Shown here: one piece after another, positions 25,821 to 26,938 of the stretch
How positions within the stretch are numbered: position 1 is the first letter of the stretch
Layout of the letters: the number at the start of each line of letters is the position of its first letter
Source of the DNA: Planctomycetota bacterium
GTDB taxonomy: Bacteria > Planctomycetota > Phycisphaerae > Sedimentisphaerales > Anaerobacaceae
NCBI GenBank assembly: GCA_003644295.1
Contig: QNBZ01000001.1
Span: 1 to 26,938 of the forward strand
Length of the DNA stretch: 26,938 nt
Direction of reading: 5' to 3'
The notes under the pieces: model-generated
Database searches by the model: none
The model's input: only the letters and a program-made list of their open reading frames with translations
What the model was told of the DNA's origin: nothing
Program-made: the position numbers and the translations under genes

Positions 25821-26937
25821 CGCCAATCTTAATTATTCTAACATAGGTGTCACCAATTTTGGCAATGTCTTGTTGAATATGTTGCAGCTCTTCAATTGGT
25901 ATTCGTTGCGGCTCAAATGATGATAATTTATCAATAGTTTCCAATGAATCCGTAACATCTTTCTCAGGGATTGGTTCCAACACTCTTCCTATGTAAAAGG
26001 AATACCGTGGATATTCTGGAAATTTCTCGTTATCAAACTTCAGCACTTCTTCGGCCGCTATCCTTATAATATCGCCGATTTTGATTTGTGTTCTCTCTTT
26101 ATGATTATCTGATTTGCCCATCAATGTTACAAATATCACTGAATTATCATTCAGATACTTCTTGCAGTCTTTGCCAACAGCTACAATTTTACCATTCTTG
26201 TAGCAATGAACTTTACCATACCAATCTTTTGTTGTCATATTTAGATACGCTTCAGCATAATCGCGCGGTGTATCATATCCAAGGTAGTAGTTATAAACGT
26301 CCTTAGTGCCTTTCACTAGCTTCTTATCGAGGACTCGCAAGTCAAGCTCATGATAGAACTTCACCTTCATCCAATAATGATTCTGAGGAGACTCGTATGG
26401 ACCATCCAGACGTTTCAGCATTACACCCTCTGCACAGAACTTTGGTCTACCATTCTTAGCATCACGAATAATCTCTGCAGCCTTTAGGATGCAATCGATA
26501 TTAGAACCATCACAAATATATCCATCAGCTTTCTTTTCGAAGGTAGTAGCAATTCTTTCTATCCAAATGTGCTCTGTTGGTTTCAATCGAGAGAGATATT
26601 CTAGACGTTCATGAAGAGGAAGATTGCGTAAATCTTCTCCTTCAAAGTAAATTATATCGAATACGACAATTATTGCATAACGTTCCAGCTCTTCTCCAGA
26701 TGCTTTTGAGTTTAAGAGTGAATTCGCCACCGTCCTATGAAGCATTTCTTTACCATTAGGATGAATAGCTAGAAATTCTCCATCAAGAATGGTATTGTCG
26801 GGAAAGTTGTCTTCGATTTCCTTTATTATAGCCGGTATTCTTTTCGACACATTCGGGTCCTTCTCTTTCACGTCTTCTGGGTCAACAAATGCAAATCCCT
26901 TTCCGTTGACTTTACCAATCGTCATTCTGAGTCCGTC
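25804..26937 (-). CDS. ATP-dependent DNA ligase (adenylation + OB domains), 5'-truncated by the window edge
   Basis: Frame is open past the ORF-track start: 26937-26926 reads D-G-L-R (end of motif I KxDGxR); ILDGEF (III), VVFDII (IIIa), EGVMLK (IV), WMKVK (V), then an OB-like domain with a degenerate motif VI (IPEK for RxDK). Confidence 0.9.
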   Translation of the reverse strand, partial: DGLRMTIGKVNGKGFAFVDPEDVKEKDPNVSKRIPAIIKEIEDNFPDNTILDGEFLAIHPNGKEMLHRTVANSLLNSKASGEELERYAIIVVFDIIYFEGEDLRNLPLHERLEYLSRLKPTEHIWIERIATTFEKKADGYICDGSNIDCILKAAEIIRDAKNGRPKFCAEGVMLKRLDGPYESPQNHYWMKVKFYHELDLRVLDKKLVKGTKDVYNYYLGYDTPRDYAEAYLNMTTKDWYGKVHCYKNGKIVAVGKDCKKYLNDNSVIFVTLMGKSDNHKERTQIKIGDIIRIAAEEVLKFDNEKFPEYPRYSFYIGRVLEPIPEKDVTDSLETIDKLSSFEPQRIPIEELQHIQQDIAKIGDTYVRIIKIGDARLS

Positions 26938-26938
26938 C

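Larger units (their letters stand above)
1..26938 (-). mobile_element. Tailed dsDNA virus / provirus (Caudoviricetes, siphovirus-like) head-tail morphogenesis module, probably archaeal
   Basis: Contiguous co-oriented protease, capsid, adaptor, closure, terminator, tail tube, chaperone, tape measure and hub genes; no sheath gene; no host housekeeping genes or att site in view, so free virus versus provirus cannot be decided. Confidence 0.95.

Noticed and set aside
25804-25835. Possible ligase-PE fusion by frameshift to give a LigD-like single chain
   Set aside because: The PE frame is closed by TAA at 25835-25833, no slippery sequence is evident in the short overlap, and there is an ATG at 25820. 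A single-base assembly error cannot be excluded without reads.
25804-26937. RNA ligase call
   Set aside because: An OB-like domain follows motif V, which fits DNA ligases; RNA activity still needs testing.
1-26938. CRISPR array, tRNA/rRNA, integrase, DGR, invertase, intein, tail sheath, portal, terminase
   Set aside because: None recognised by eye; all repeats found are coding repeats or short spacer motifs. Portal and terminase probably lie beyond the right edge.

Overview
The whole window is the late (virion morphogenesis) operon of a head-tailed dsDNA virus or provirus, with all credible genes on the minus strand and many joined by ATGA start/stop overlaps. In transcription order (right to left): ATP-dependent DNA ligase (5' end beyond the window; the DGxR of motif I is visible in the last bases); LigD-type 3'-phosphoesterase-like protein; a 24-aa micro-ORF; a coiled-coil/TM protein; a nucleotidyltransferase + HK97 prohead protease + scaffold fusion; head decoration protein; HK97-fold major capsid protein; head-tail joining genes; two paralogous tail tube proteins; tail assembly chaperone with a candidate +1 frameshift at TCC_TTT_CGT; an ~11 kb block (two unknowns, a His-repeat fibre, a 1665-aa membrane-anchored gingipain/C25-like protease, a 14-residue-repeat protein, two small beta proteins); tape measure; and a baseplate-hub-like gene that runs off the left edge and is missing from the ORF track. 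No sheath gene is seen, so a siphovirus-like tail is likely. An archaeal host (possibly Thermoplasmatota) is inferred, not shown. The two most notable systems are (i) a ligase + phosphoesterase + nucleotidyltransferase set inside the head module and (ii) an exported C25 protease translationally coupled into the tail operon. All family calls are from motif recognition by eye; no searches were run.
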